Positions 16,957-25,738 of a stretch of DNA of 44,704 bases are shown here, piece after piece. Both the position numbers and the translations under genes were made by a program. Source of the stretch: a virus (taxonomy: Duplodnaviria; Caudoviricetes); the IMG/VR virus record IMGVR_UViG_3300003970_000020, positions 1 through 44,704 of that record; one strand, given 5' to 3'. A model generated the notes under the pieces. That model was not told where the DNA came from, did no database searches, and worked only from the letters and a program-made list of their open reading frames with translations. Position 1 is the stretch's first letter. The number at the start of each line of letters is the position of its first letter.

Positions 16957-17943
16957 ATGGTGGACGAAACCATGGCGCCACTTCCTTCACCCCCGAGTCC
17001 GACGGTCTCCGCGATCTACGCCGCCTATGAGGCGGATGCGGAGACCGGGTATCGCGCGCATCTCGGTGCCTCGCTGATCGGCACCGAGTGCACGCGGGCC
17101 ATCTGGTATGGCTTCCGCTGGGCCACGCGGGCGCGGCACACGGGCCGCCTCCTGCGGCTGTTCCAGACGGGGCATCTGGCGGAGGCGCGCTTCATCGCGG
17201 ATCTGCGGCGCATCGGCGTCACCGTCCTCGAGGTCGATCCTGACACCGGGCGGCAATGGACGCTGCGCGATGCGGGCGGGCATTTCGGCGGCAGCATGGA
17301 CGCGGTCGCTATCGGCTTTCCCGAGGCGCCGAAGGCCTGGCACGTCTGCGAGTTCAAGACGCACAGCGCGAAGTCCTTTGCCAAGCTCCAGGCCGAGGGC
17401 GTGGCTGCCTCCAAGCCGCTGCACTGGGCGCAGATGCAGGCCTACATGCAGCTCGCCGGCATCGATCGCGCCTTCTATCTCGCGGTCTGCAAGGACACCG
17501 ACGCGCTCTACCAGGAGCGTATCCGCCACGATGCTGAGGCCGCGATGCGCATCCTGGCCAAGGCCGAGCGCATCATCGGCGCCGCCCGACCGCCCGCGCG
17601 GATCAGTGACGATCCGGCGTGGTGGCAGTGCAGGTTCTGCGACCACCACGCGGTCTGCCACGAGGGCCAGGCGGTGGAGCGGCACTGCCGCGCCTGCCTG
17701 CACGCCACGCCGGTGGACGGCGGTGCCTGGCATTGCGCGCGGCATGATCACCCCCTTACGCGGCAGGGCCAGGAGGCGGGCTGCGCCGCGCATCTTTTCA
17801 TCCCTGACTTGGTGCCAGGCGAGCAACTCGATGCCGGTGCGGATTGGGTGAGCTACCGCATGCGGGATGGCGGCGAGTGGCGCGACGGGGTGCCGTCCCG
17901 AGCTTGTGGCGACCACCAGCCAATGCCGGAGGCGGCGCCATGA
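16957..17943 (+). CDS. Cas4-like PD-(D/E)XK exonuclease with Cys clusters
   Basis: HLGASLIG.EC, GSMD, EFKT, QMQAYM, CRFC..C and a further CxxC. Confidence 0.82.
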   Translation: MVDETMAPLPSPPSPTVSAIYAAYEADAETGYRAHLGASLIGTECTRAIWYGFRWATRARHTGRLLRLFQTGHLAEARFIADLRRIGVTVLEVDPDTGRQWTLRDAGGHFGGSMDAVAIGFPEAPKAWHVCEFKTHSAKSFAKLQAEGVAASKPLHWAQMQAYMQLAGIDRAFYLAVCKDTDALYQERIRHDAEAAMRILAKAERIIGAARPPARISDDPAWWQCRFCDHHAVCHEGQAVERHCRACLHATPVDGGAWHCARHDHPLTRQGQEAGCAAHLFIPDLVPGEQLDAGADWVSYRMRDGGEWRDGVPSRACGDHQPMPEAAP

Positions 17944-19523
17944 CACTGGCCCTCCGCCCCTATCAGCGCGCTGCCGTCGAGGCGCTGTATGACTACTTCT
18001 CCGCCAGCGCGGGCAATCCGCTGGTCGTGATGCCAACGGGCACCGGCAAGAGCCTGTGCATCGCCGGCTTCACGCGCGAGGCGATCGCCGCCTATGGCGA
18101 CACCCGCGTCCTGATCCTCACGCACGTGAAGGAGCTCATCCAGCAGAACTTCATGACGATGCTGCGCGCCTGGCCGGAGGCGCCGGCCGGCATCTACTCG
18201 GCCGGGCTGTCCCGCCGCGACATCCGTGCACAGATCCTGTTCGCCGGCATTCAGTCGATCCACCGCCACGCCTATCAGGTGCAGCGCTGCGACCTGGTGC
18301 TGATCGATGAGGCGCACCTCCTCGGCCGCGGCGACAGCGGCATGTACCGCTCCTTCCTCGCGCAGCTGAATGAGATCAATGGCGGGTTACTCAAGGTGGT
18401 GGGCTTCACCGCGACGCCCTACCGCCTCGACAGCGGGTTGCTGCACGAGGGCAAGGATCGGCTCTTCACCGACATCGCCTTCGACGTGCCGGTGCTGGAG
18501 ATGATCCAACAGGGCTATCTGTGCCCGGTCGTCCCGAAGCAGACCTCGACCCAGCTCGACGTGGGCGGCGTCGGCGCACGCGGAGGCGAATTCATCGCCA
18601 AGGACCTCGAGGCGGCAGTCGACCGCGACGAGGTCACCCGTGCTGCTGTCGCCGAGATCGTGCAGCATGGTGAGAGCCGCGGCTCCTGGCTGGTGTTCTG
18701 CTCCGGCGTGGCCCATGCGCGCCACGTCCGCGACGCCATCCGCGAGCACGGCATCTCTACCGAGACGGTCACCGGCGACACGCCGGGACCGGAGCGCGAC
18801 GGCATCCTGGCCGCCTTCAAGGCGGGGCGACTGCGCTGCGTCACCAACGCCAACGTGCTCACCACCGGCTTCGACGCGCCGGGCACCGATCTCATCGCGC
18901 TGCTCCGCCCGACGAAGAGCGTCGGCCTCTATGTCCAGATGGTCGGCCGCGGCACTCGGCTCGCCGAGGGCAAGGACGACTGCCTGGTGCTGGACTTCGC
19001 CGGCAACACGGCACGGCACGGCCCGATCGACACGGTGGATGGCCGGAAGAAGGAACCCGCCGGGGACGGCGAAGCGCCGATTAAGGTCTGCCCGGAATGC
19101 CAGACCATCAACCACGCCAGTGCGCGGCGCTGCGTCGGCTGCAATCACGAATTCCCGCCACCGCCCCTGCAGGTGTCGGCGGAGGCCGCCGCCAACGCGC
19201 TGCTGTCGACGCAGGTTCAGACGACATGGTGCGACGTCACCGGCGTCCGGTACATGCCCCACGAGAAGCCCAGCAAGCCGACCTCACTACGCGTGACCTA
19301 CGAATGCGGCCTGGCGCGGCACAGCGAATGGGTCTGCTTCGAGCACACCGGCTTCCCGCGCGAGAAAGCCGTGACCTGGTGGCGCAGTCGCGCCCCGCAT
19401 CTGCCGGCGCCCTCCACCGTAAGTGAGGCCCTGCAGCATAGCGAAGCCCTCCGCCAGCCCAGCGCCATCCTGGTGCGGCCGGTTGGCCAATACGTTGAAA
19501 TCGTGAACGCGAGATTTGTGTGA
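17940..19523 (+). CDS. SF2 DEAD/DEAH helicase (RadD/YejH-like) with zinc ribbon
   Basis: LRPYQ, PTGTGKS, DEAH, TAT, QMVGRGTR, CPEC/CVGC. Confidence 0.93.
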   Translation: MTLALRPYQRAAVEALYDYFSASAGNPLVVMPTGTGKSLCIAGFTREAIAAYGDTRVLILTHVKELIQQNFMTMLRAWPEAPAGIYSAGLSRRDIRAQILFAGIQSIHRHAYQVQRCDLVLIDEAHLLGRGDSGMYRSFLAQLNEINGGLLKVVGFTATPYRLDSGLLHEGKDRLFTDIAFDVPVLEMIQQGYLCPVVPKQTSTQLDVGGVGARGGEFIAKDLEAAVDRDEVTRAAVAEIVQHGESRGSWLVFCSGVAHARHVRDAIREHGISTETVTGDTPGPERDGILAAFKAGRLRCVTNANVLTTGFDAPGTDLIALLRPTKSVGLYVQMVGRGTRLAEGKDDCLVLDFAGNTARHGPIDTVDGRKKEPAGDGEAPIKVCPECQTINHASARRCVGCNHEFPPPPLQVSAEAAANALLSTQVQTTWCDVTGVRYMPHEKPSKPTSLRVTYECGLARHSEWVCFEHTGFPREKAVTWWRSRAPHLPAPSTVSEALQHSEALRQPSAILVRPVGQYVEIVNARFV

Positions 19524-19960
19524 TGAGGCCTCCAGTGACGACCCCTCCATGGAGGACGCGCGCCGCGCCAGCCGTTGAGCCACTGCCAATGCCGCCGGAG
19601 GAGAAGGCAGCGCGCAGGCGGGCGCGACAGGCGGAGCTTGCGCGCATGCGGCGAGCCGCCGACCCGGAGAAGGCGCGCGCTGCGTATAAAGCGTGGCGCG
19701 AGGCGAACCCCGAGAAGTTGCGTGTGTACCAGCAGCGCAACAGACAAAAAAATGGTGAGAAACGTCGGGTTGCCGCGAAAGAGTGGCGCGAGGCGAACCC
19801 GGAGAAGGTGATCGCAGCGATGGTGGCGCGCCTCGAAACTGACCCGCAAGCCGAACGAGAAAGGCGGCGCGGGTGGAAACGGAATACAGAAGCTCGAGCC
19901 GAGGCGCAGCGCCGCCGGCGCGCGCGCAAGAAGGCGGAGCAGCGGCAGGCGGATGAATGA
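19520..19960 (+). CDS. Basic protein with 15-aa helical repeats
   Basis: WREANPEK-type units; overlapping start and stop with neighbours. Confidence 0.65.
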   Translation: MMRPPVTTPPWRTRAAPAVEPLPMPPEEKAARRRARQAELARMRRAADPEKARAAYKAWREANPEKLRVYQQRNRQKNGEKRRVAAKEWREANPEKVIAAMVARLETDPQAERERRRGWKRNTEARAEAQRRRRARKKAEQRQADE

Positions 19961-20325
19961 GATGCCGCACCTGCTCGCGCCCCGCCTGGCACTGGCTGTG
20001 GTGGCATTCGGCGCGCTCGCTCCGGATGCACTGGACCGCGCCCTCGTGCTCGTCCCTCTGCCTCGGCCTCTGGCCGGAGCGCCGCATGGTTGATCCGAAC
20101 GAGCAGGAGGTCGCAGCGATGCGTGCGGCCGGCGACATCGCCGGGCAGTACATCGAGGCGGTCGGCCGCAGCGACATGGCGATCTGGTCGGAAGCCGACT
20201 GGCGCGGCTTCATCGAGGCGATCTGCGGTGCCTATGTCGACAGCCTGGTCGAGCAGCAGATCGCCATCAATACCGCGGCAGCGAAGGTGCAGGGGCTGCC
20301 GCTCGCCACGAGCGCTGCTAGATGA
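19957..20325 (+). CDS. DUF6511-like protein
   Basis: CxxC N-terminus; MVDPNEQE..AMRAAG..AGQY..W..FIE. Confidence 0.7.
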   Translation: MRCRTCSRPAWHWLWWHSARSLRMHWTAPSCSSLCLGLWPERRMVDPNEQEVAAMRAAGDIAGQYIEAVGRSDMAIWSEADWRGFIEAICGAYVDSLVEQQIAINTAAAKVQGLPLATSAAR

Positions 20326-20795
20326 ACCCGGTCGACATGCTCGCCGATGCAGCGCGGATCTATCCGGCGTGGTGGCAGGCGCACGAGGCCCGTCCGGTCA
20401 CCGTCATGGAGTTGGCTGCGCCGGTCCGTGCCGTTGCCGATCCAGATTCGCGCGGCCGCCAGTTCATCGCGGTCAAGCTGTGCATGCTTGATGGCGTGCG
20501 CGCGGCCGGCTTCGTCCTCGCGCGACGGAAGAGCGTCGGGAAGTGGTCCCCGGCGCGCTACCTCCTGAACCGCGTCGATGCATCTGGCGAAGCGGATCAA
20601 TGTGCCGCGTCGCCGAAGGTCCGGATGGCGCCGACCACAGCCGAACCTGCGCGCATGATCTATGCTGAACTCGAGGCGGCGCGCCGGGCCTTGGAGCGCG
20701 CGGCGCGACAGATGTCCGCCCTCTATCCGGAGGTCCTGCGCATCGACGCTGCTCGCGATGCAGCCATCGCCGCGCAGGAACGCAGCGGCGCATGA
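20322..20795 (+). CDS. Hypothetical protein
   Basis: Start and stop overlap both neighbours. Confidence 0.6.
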   Translation: MNPVDMLADAARIYPAWWQAHEARPVTVMELAAPVRAVADPDSRGRQFIAVKLCMLDGVRAAGFVLARRKSVGKWSPARYLLNRVDASGEADQCAASPKVRMAPTTAEPARMIYAELEAARRALERAARQMSALYPEVLRIDAARDAAIAAQERSGA

Positions 20796-23194
20796 CAGAC
20801 GCACCCTCCTTCATGGCCGACTACGGCGAGCGCCTAGTCGACAACGGCTATGCCGTCATCCCCATCATGCCGGGCAGCAAGGTGCCGGGTCGCTTTTCCG
20901 CTGGGGAATGGTCGCCCTATCCCGACTGGACCCGGCACTGCGACCGGCCGACGAAGCCCTTGGAGGTGGACATCTGGCGCCGCTGGCCGCGCTGCGGCGT
21001 GGGCATCGCCACCGGCAGCGTGGTCGGCATCGACATCGATATCCTGGACGGTGCGCTGGCGATCCAGCTCGCCGAACTCGCCACCTCCATGCTGGGCGAC
21101 ACGCCCTGCCTGCGCATCGGCCGTGCACCCAAGCGGCTGCTGGTCTATCGCGCCGCCACGCCCTTCGCCGGGCGCAAGCGCCTGCCGCTCGAGGTCCTGG
21201 CCTGCGGCCAGCAGTTCGTGGCGCATGCCGTCCATCCCGATACCGGGCAGCCCTATGTCTGGCCTGAGGACAGTCTGCTCGACACCCCGCTCGCGCAGCT
21301 TCCCGTGCTGGACGAGGCCGCGGCCATGGCGTGGCTCGATCGCGCCCATGCGCTGATTCCCCCCGAGTTGCGCCCACGCTCCCTGCATCTTCCGTCTAAC
21401 CCCGCCGTCTGGCGCGGCCCATCCGATCCGCGCGGCACCCTGGAGGCGGTGAAGGCTGCGCTCGCCTATCTGCCGAACGAGGATCTCGATGGCGCCTCGT
21501 GGATCACCATGGGCACCGCCATCAAGGCCGCGCTTGACGAGGAAGGGCGTGAGCTCTGGCTCGACTGGTCGAGGTCGAGCGGCAAATCCGGCCGATCGGG
21601 CAAGTCCGACACTGCGGAGCGTCGCTGGGCCGGCTTCCGGCCGCACAGCATCGGTGCGGGCAGCATCTACACCCTCGCCATCAACCGCGGCTGGATCCCT
21701 CCGCCCGAGATCACGCTGAACGCGGCAGTGGCGGCGCGTGCCGCGCAGCCGCATCCCGCGGCGGCAATGCTGGCCAAGGCGGATGCCGCGCCCCCTGCAT
21801 GCGAGGAAGTCCACCCCGCCGCGGCGTTCCTGGCGAAGCTCGACGCCAGCCGGGCAAAGCAGCAGGCCGCGCCACTCCCCGTGCCGGCCAGCATTCTGCA
21901 GCCCGGCGGCGTGTTGCAGATGCTGGTCGAGGAGTGCGTCAGCTCCGCGCTGCGGCCACAGCCCTTCCTTGCCCTCGGCGCTGCCATCTGCGCCGTCGGC
22001 GTGCTGGCCGGGCGGAAGTACCGCACGCGCACGGATCTGCGAACCAACGTCTACGTAACCGCCGTGGCGGAGAGCGGCGGCGGCAAGGACCACGCACCCG
22101 AGGTGATCCGGCGTTGCTTCGATCTCGCAAAGCTGGAGCGGTACCTGGGTGGCGAAAGCCTCGCTTCTGGTCGGGGCATGGTCTCCGCCCTGGAGCAGCA
22201 CCCGGCGCGGCTGTTCCAGATCGACGAATTCGGCCTGTTCCTCAGCAGCGTCGCAGGCAGCAAGGCCCCGACGCACAAGGCCGAAATCTGGTCCGAGCTG
22301 ATGAAGCTCTATAGCCGGGCCAAGGGTGTCCACCGCGGCACCGAATACGCCAACAAGAAGGACGCCCCGCGGGTCGACATTCACCAGCCCTGCGTCTGCT
22401 TCTACGGCACCACCACGCCCTCGACCTTCTGGAAGGCGCTGGAAGGTGGCGCGATGATGGATGGCTCCCTCGCGCGCTTCCTGGTCTTCGTCACCGACAC
22501 CGATCGGCCGGAGCGCAATCGGGGCGCCGGCATCATCAATCCGCCGGCGCCATTGCTCAACGCGCTGAAGGCGATCATCCGTGGGCAGGGCGCCCCGCCG
22601 CTGCCAGGCAACCTGCCTGACGAGCATGTGGTGCCCATGACGGCCACCGAGGAGCCGGCACCCTTCACCGTGCTGATGACGGCAGCCGCAGAGGCGCTGC
22701 ACGAGCAGAAACTGGCCGATGAGGACGTCTGGGCCAAGCGGGTGGCCGGCACGCCCCAGGCCGCCATCGTCAACCGCCTGGCGGAGAACGCCACCAAGCT
22801 GGCCCTGATCTGCGCGGTGAGCCGCGACCCTGCACATCCTTCGATCACCGAGGTGGAAATCGCCTGGGGTTGGGCGTTGGCGGAGCACTGCACCAGGACG
22901 CTGCTGCGCGATGCCGGACGCTTCCTGGCTGACAGCGAGTTCGAGAAGCGCCTGAACAAGGCCATCAACATCATCGGCAAGCACGGCCCATGCAGCCGGC
23001 GCGACATGTTCCACAAGGGGCTGAAGCTCGCCGAGCGCGATTTCAGGGACGTGATCAACGCGCTCGTGACGCATGGCGTGGTCATCGAGATCCAGCCACC
23101 CACCACCGGCATCGGCCGTCCGCCCGGCCCCCGATACGCCCTGGTCCAGGCGCCCGACGAGATGCCAGCTGACGAAGGGGCAGGCGATGAGTAA
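20792..23194 (+). CDS. Prim-Pol / PriCT-2 / DUF3987-type helicase replication protein
   Basis: VVGIDID, GQQFVAHAVHPDTGQPY.W, WITMGTAIK, AESGGGKD, QIDEFG, DGSLARF. Confidence 0.9.
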   Translation: MTDAPSFMADYGERLVDNGYAVIPIMPGSKVPGRFSAGEWSPYPDWTRHCDRPTKPLEVDIWRRWPRCGVGIATGSVVGIDIDILDGALAIQLAELATSMLGDTPCLRIGRAPKRLLVYRAATPFAGRKRLPLEVLACGQQFVAHAVHPDTGQPYVWPEDSLLDTPLAQLPVLDEAAAMAWLDRAHALIPPELRPRSLHLPSNPAVWRGPSDPRGTLEAVKAALAYLPNEDLDGASWITMGTAIKAALDEEGRELWLDWSRSSGKSGRSGKSDTAERRWAGFRPHSIGAGSIYTLAINRGWIPPPEITLNAAVAARAAQPHPAAAMLAKADAAPPACEEVHPAAAFLAKLDASRAKQQAAPLPVPASILQPGGVLQMLVEECVSSALRPQPFLALGAAICAVGVLAGRKYRTRTDLRTNVYVTAVAESGGGKDHAPEVIRRCFDLAKLERYLGGESLASGRGMVSALEQHPARLFQIDEFGLFLSSVAGSKAPTHKAEIWSELMKLYSRAKGVHRGTEYANKKDAPRVDIHQPCVCFYGTTTPSTFWKALEGGAMMDGSLARFLVFVTDTDRPERNRGAGIINPPAPLLNALKAIIRGQGAPPLPGNLPDEHVVPMTATEEPAPFTVLMTAAAEALHEQKLADEDVWAKRVAGTPQAAIVNRLAENATKLALICAVSRDPAHPSITEVEIAWGWALAEHCTRTLLRDAGRFLADSEFEKRLNKAINIIGKHGPCSRRDMFHKGLKLAERDFRDVINALVTHGVVIEIQPPTTGIGRPPGPRYALVQAPDEMPADEGAGDE

Positions 23195-23215
23195 CGGAAA
23201 ACGGCCCCCCTCCCG

Positions 23216-23363
23216 TAAGCCATTGAGAATGGCTCTTTGTGGGTTTTGTTCTTTCGTGCGCGGGCACGAACGGGAGACCCCCCACGTCACGCGCATGGGG
23301 TCGGGGAGGGAGAGGTCTCTACATAATAACATATATAACAATAATATATATATCAGTGAGTTA
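23216..23363. other. Candidate prophage replication origin
   Basis: AT-rich tract 23321-23353 after the replicase; IHF consensus TATCAGTGAGTTA (23351-23363) and an inverted near-consensus at 23216-23228. Confidence 0.55.
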
Positions 23364-23399
23364 GCCGGGCGTTGTGTCTCTGCCTGGGGGATTGCGTAG

Positions 23400-23630
23400 A
23401 TGGTGCTGCCAGGCTCCCCCCTGCCGCCGCGCTCATCCCTCGACCGCGGCATGCGCAGCGCCACCACCAGCCCCGAGATGGAAACCCTGCGTCGCCGCGT
23501 CTGGCAGCAGCAGGGCGTCGTCTCGCTGCACCTCGAGGACATCACCGATCCCTGGCTGCGCCAGGCAATCCAGAACGAAGCCGTGCGCCGCTGGGGCCCA
23601 CGGCAGCAGGAGAAGACTCATGGCCGGTAA
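23400..23630 (+). CDS. Small hypothetical protein
   Basis: MVLPGSP..LRRRVWQQQG..DPWLRQ; overlaps the next gene. Confidence 0.65.
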   Translation: MVLPGSPLPPRSSLDRGMRSATTSPEMETLRRRVWQQQGVVSLHLEDITDPWLRQAIQNEAVRRWGPRQQEKTHGR

Positions 23631-24198
23631 GCGCAAAGCGAAGACCGCGACGCAGAAGGAATCGATGGGCCCATCCAAGTGGCGGCTGCAGCATGGCGGC
23701 TTCGGCGACGCTGTTCGCTCAGCGGATCCGGAGACAGGCACGCCGGTCGCACATCGCTACGCCATGGACACGCTCGCGGTGATGCTGGGCAACGGCACCA
23801 TCACGTCCGAGATGCGCGATGCCGGCGAGATGTTCCGCAAGCAGTTCCGCTTTGCCGCGCTCGACACGCTGCGCCCCATGCCGCTGATCCGCATCCCTGG
23901 TGGCCGTGCCGCCGACACGACGACCGAGCAGCAGTTCCAGGCACGCGAGCGGGTGGCTGCCGCCATCGATGCGCTGGGTGGCCCTGGCAGCCCTGCTGGA
24001 GCCTGTGTGTGGCATGTCGTGGGGCTGGAGAGCTCGATCACCGAATGGGCCCGCCGCTCGGGCTGGCGTGGGCGTCCCATTGGGCATGCGCAGGGTCAGG
24101 GCGTGCTGGTCTCCGCACTCGGCGTGCTGGCCATGCACTACGGGCTCGTTAGAAGCGCTGCAAAGAGGGAAGCGGGGATAGGGGTGAACCATGGCTGA
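23620..24198 (+). CDS. DUF6456-like putative late-gene regulator
   Basis: DTLAVMLGNGTIT..AG..FR; CVWHVVGLE.S..W; position between replication and packaging modules. Confidence 0.7.
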   Translation: MAGKRKAKTATQKESMGPSKWRLQHGGFGDAVRSADPETGTPVAHRYAMDTLAVMLGNGTITSEMRDAGEMFRKQFRFAALDTLRPMPLIRIPGGRAADTTTEQQFQARERVAAAIDALGGPGSPAGACVWHVVGLESSITEWARRSGWRGRPIGHAQGQGVLVSALGVLAMHYGLVRSAAKREAGIGVNHG

Positions 24199-24358
24199 AA
24201 AGCCAGAATTCGGCTGGAGCCGCCCCGCCAGGTCGGAGGAGGTACGATTACGCTTGCCGTCGAGATCCAAGCAAACGCTGTGGAGCTTTCAGCCGCCGAA
24301 GTGCCTGCATCCCTATTCAGGTAATGCGAAAACGTGCAATGGATGATATCTTATTTGA

Positions 24359-25246
24359 ATGCCAGAACCAATGCCTCCTCGCTCCGTCAAGGAGAACCAG
24401 CACTTTGTCCCAAGGTCATGGATCAGCCGATTCGCAGGCGAGAATGGTCGCCTCGTTGGCTTGCAGGACGGCACCATCCAGCATCAGGTCAGTGTAGCCG
24501 ACATCATGAGCGAGCACTGGCTGTACACAACCTTCGATGAGTGGTGGCGGCCGAGTGATCGCATTGAGGATGCATTGGCTGAGGTAGAAGGGGGCGCGAA
24601 GGATCTCTTCGATGCGCTGACAGCGTCCAAGTTGATGCCAACCGACGAACAATGGGTAAAATTGTGTCGTTTTCTGGCGTTAACAGCTTGTCGGCACCCG
24701 GACACAATGCGACGCGGCCATCAGCGGGCTAAGGAGATGGCCTGGGCCCTTGCCGACGCCGACACGCATCCGGACGCTGCATCGTTCTTTGCACATATTC
24801 GGTCGCGTTTTGGCGTTGACTTACCACCCGACACTTACCAGCGGCTTCTGGCGCAGGCGTTACCGGATTTGATCGCTGAAGCCGAGAGTATCCAAAACAT
24901 GACGCCCTGGGATCCGCGACTTCCCGAGCAGATCTCATTGGAGGCTGTGGACCTCGTGGCCAAGAGAATAATCACCTGCAATATGATCCTGCTCGATGCC
25001 CCGCCAGGGACGAACTACGTCCTGTCCGATCGTCCGATGCCGGCTAAGGATGCGCTTATCGGGTTTACTGTTCCGCTATCACGCTCATTGGCCTTTCTTG
25101 CACTGCCTACGGGGGGGCACGAGGACGTCGCACTCGTTCGGCAAGAAGCGACACCAGAGCAAGTTGGCTGGGTCAACGAGGAGCAGAAGCGACGCAGCAG
25201 GTCGATCATCGTCGGGCCAAACAAGGAGACTCTGAGCGCCCCCTGA
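24359..25246 (+). CDS. DUF4238-like moron protein
   Basis: NQHFVPRSWISRF, IEDALAEVE, LSDRP, VPLS, WVN motifs; lower GC than its flanks. Confidence 0.78.
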   Translation: MPEPMPPRSVKENQHFVPRSWISRFAGENGRLVGLQDGTIQHQVSVADIMSEHWLYTTFDEWWRPSDRIEDALAEVEGGAKDLFDALTASKLMPTDEQWVKLCRFLALTACRHPDTMRRGHQRAKEMAWALADADTHPDAASFFAHIRSRFGVDLPPDTYQRLLAQALPDLIAEAESIQNMTPWDPRLPEQISLEAVDLVAKRIITCNMILLDAPPGTNYVLSDRPMPAKDALIGFTVPLSRSLAFLALPTGGHEDVALVRQEATPEQVGWVNEEQKRRSRSIIVGPNKETLSAP

Positions 25247-25478
25247 CGGATCCAACCGTGGAATATGACCGCGGTGACGCTGGCGGTTCAGCTTTGAGGC
25301 GAAGGCAGACGTTGAACCAAAGCTCAAGAGATCCGATGCCGACCTAACGAATTCGACCAAGTGCTACATCTTCGCACTCCCCAGCGGAATCTGGATTGGG
25401 TAGGTTCTCGATAGTCGCTGAAGGTGCGGCTCCCGAGCCACTCGCCAGTTGATTTGCAACTGTGGCTCTCGAGCCGAT

Positions 25479-25693
25479 GGTTCCTTCCGGGCCCCGCTGT
25501 ATGCGGGGGGCGGAAGCGCGCAAGGTCGCTAGCGCCAGGCCGAAAATATGGTTTGCAGTTTGCACCCTTTCCCCTGTGCAATCAGATGGATAGCTGCAAA
25601 CCATGGCCCACATGGTTTGCACTCAGGGCGCACCTCCCGCGCGCATGGTTTGCACCCTTTTCCAATGATTGCAGCGCCATAAGCGCAAACCAT
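25479..25693 (+). other. Candidate cos packaging site (cosQ/cosN-like plus repeats)
   Basis: GGTTCCTTCCGG...ATGCGGGGGGCGGAAGCGCGCA resembles lambda cosQ-cosN; five ATGGTTTGC(A) copies follow in both orientations. Confidence 0.6.
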
Positions 25694-25738
25694 CGCGGCG
25701 CCTCGCGTGCCGCCCCACCCCAGATCTCGGATGGCCCC

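Noticed and set aside
16957-17943. CRISPR-Cas locus suggested by the Cas4-like gene
   Set aside because: No repeat-spacer array or other cas genes; the Sak4-SSB-exonuclease context is a known phage recombination module
20834-23545. Long antisense ORFs (903 aa here; also 31121-33031, 36327-38549, 40570-42465)
   Set aside because: Shadow frames of GC-rich genes, with no recognisable motifs
25548-25693. Mini CRISPR array
   Set aside because: Repeats are only 9-10 bp, irregularly spaced and in both orientations
25424-25738. N-terminal extension of the first methyltransferase
   Set aside because: Runs through the cos-like repeats; the ParB domain begins just after ATG 25739
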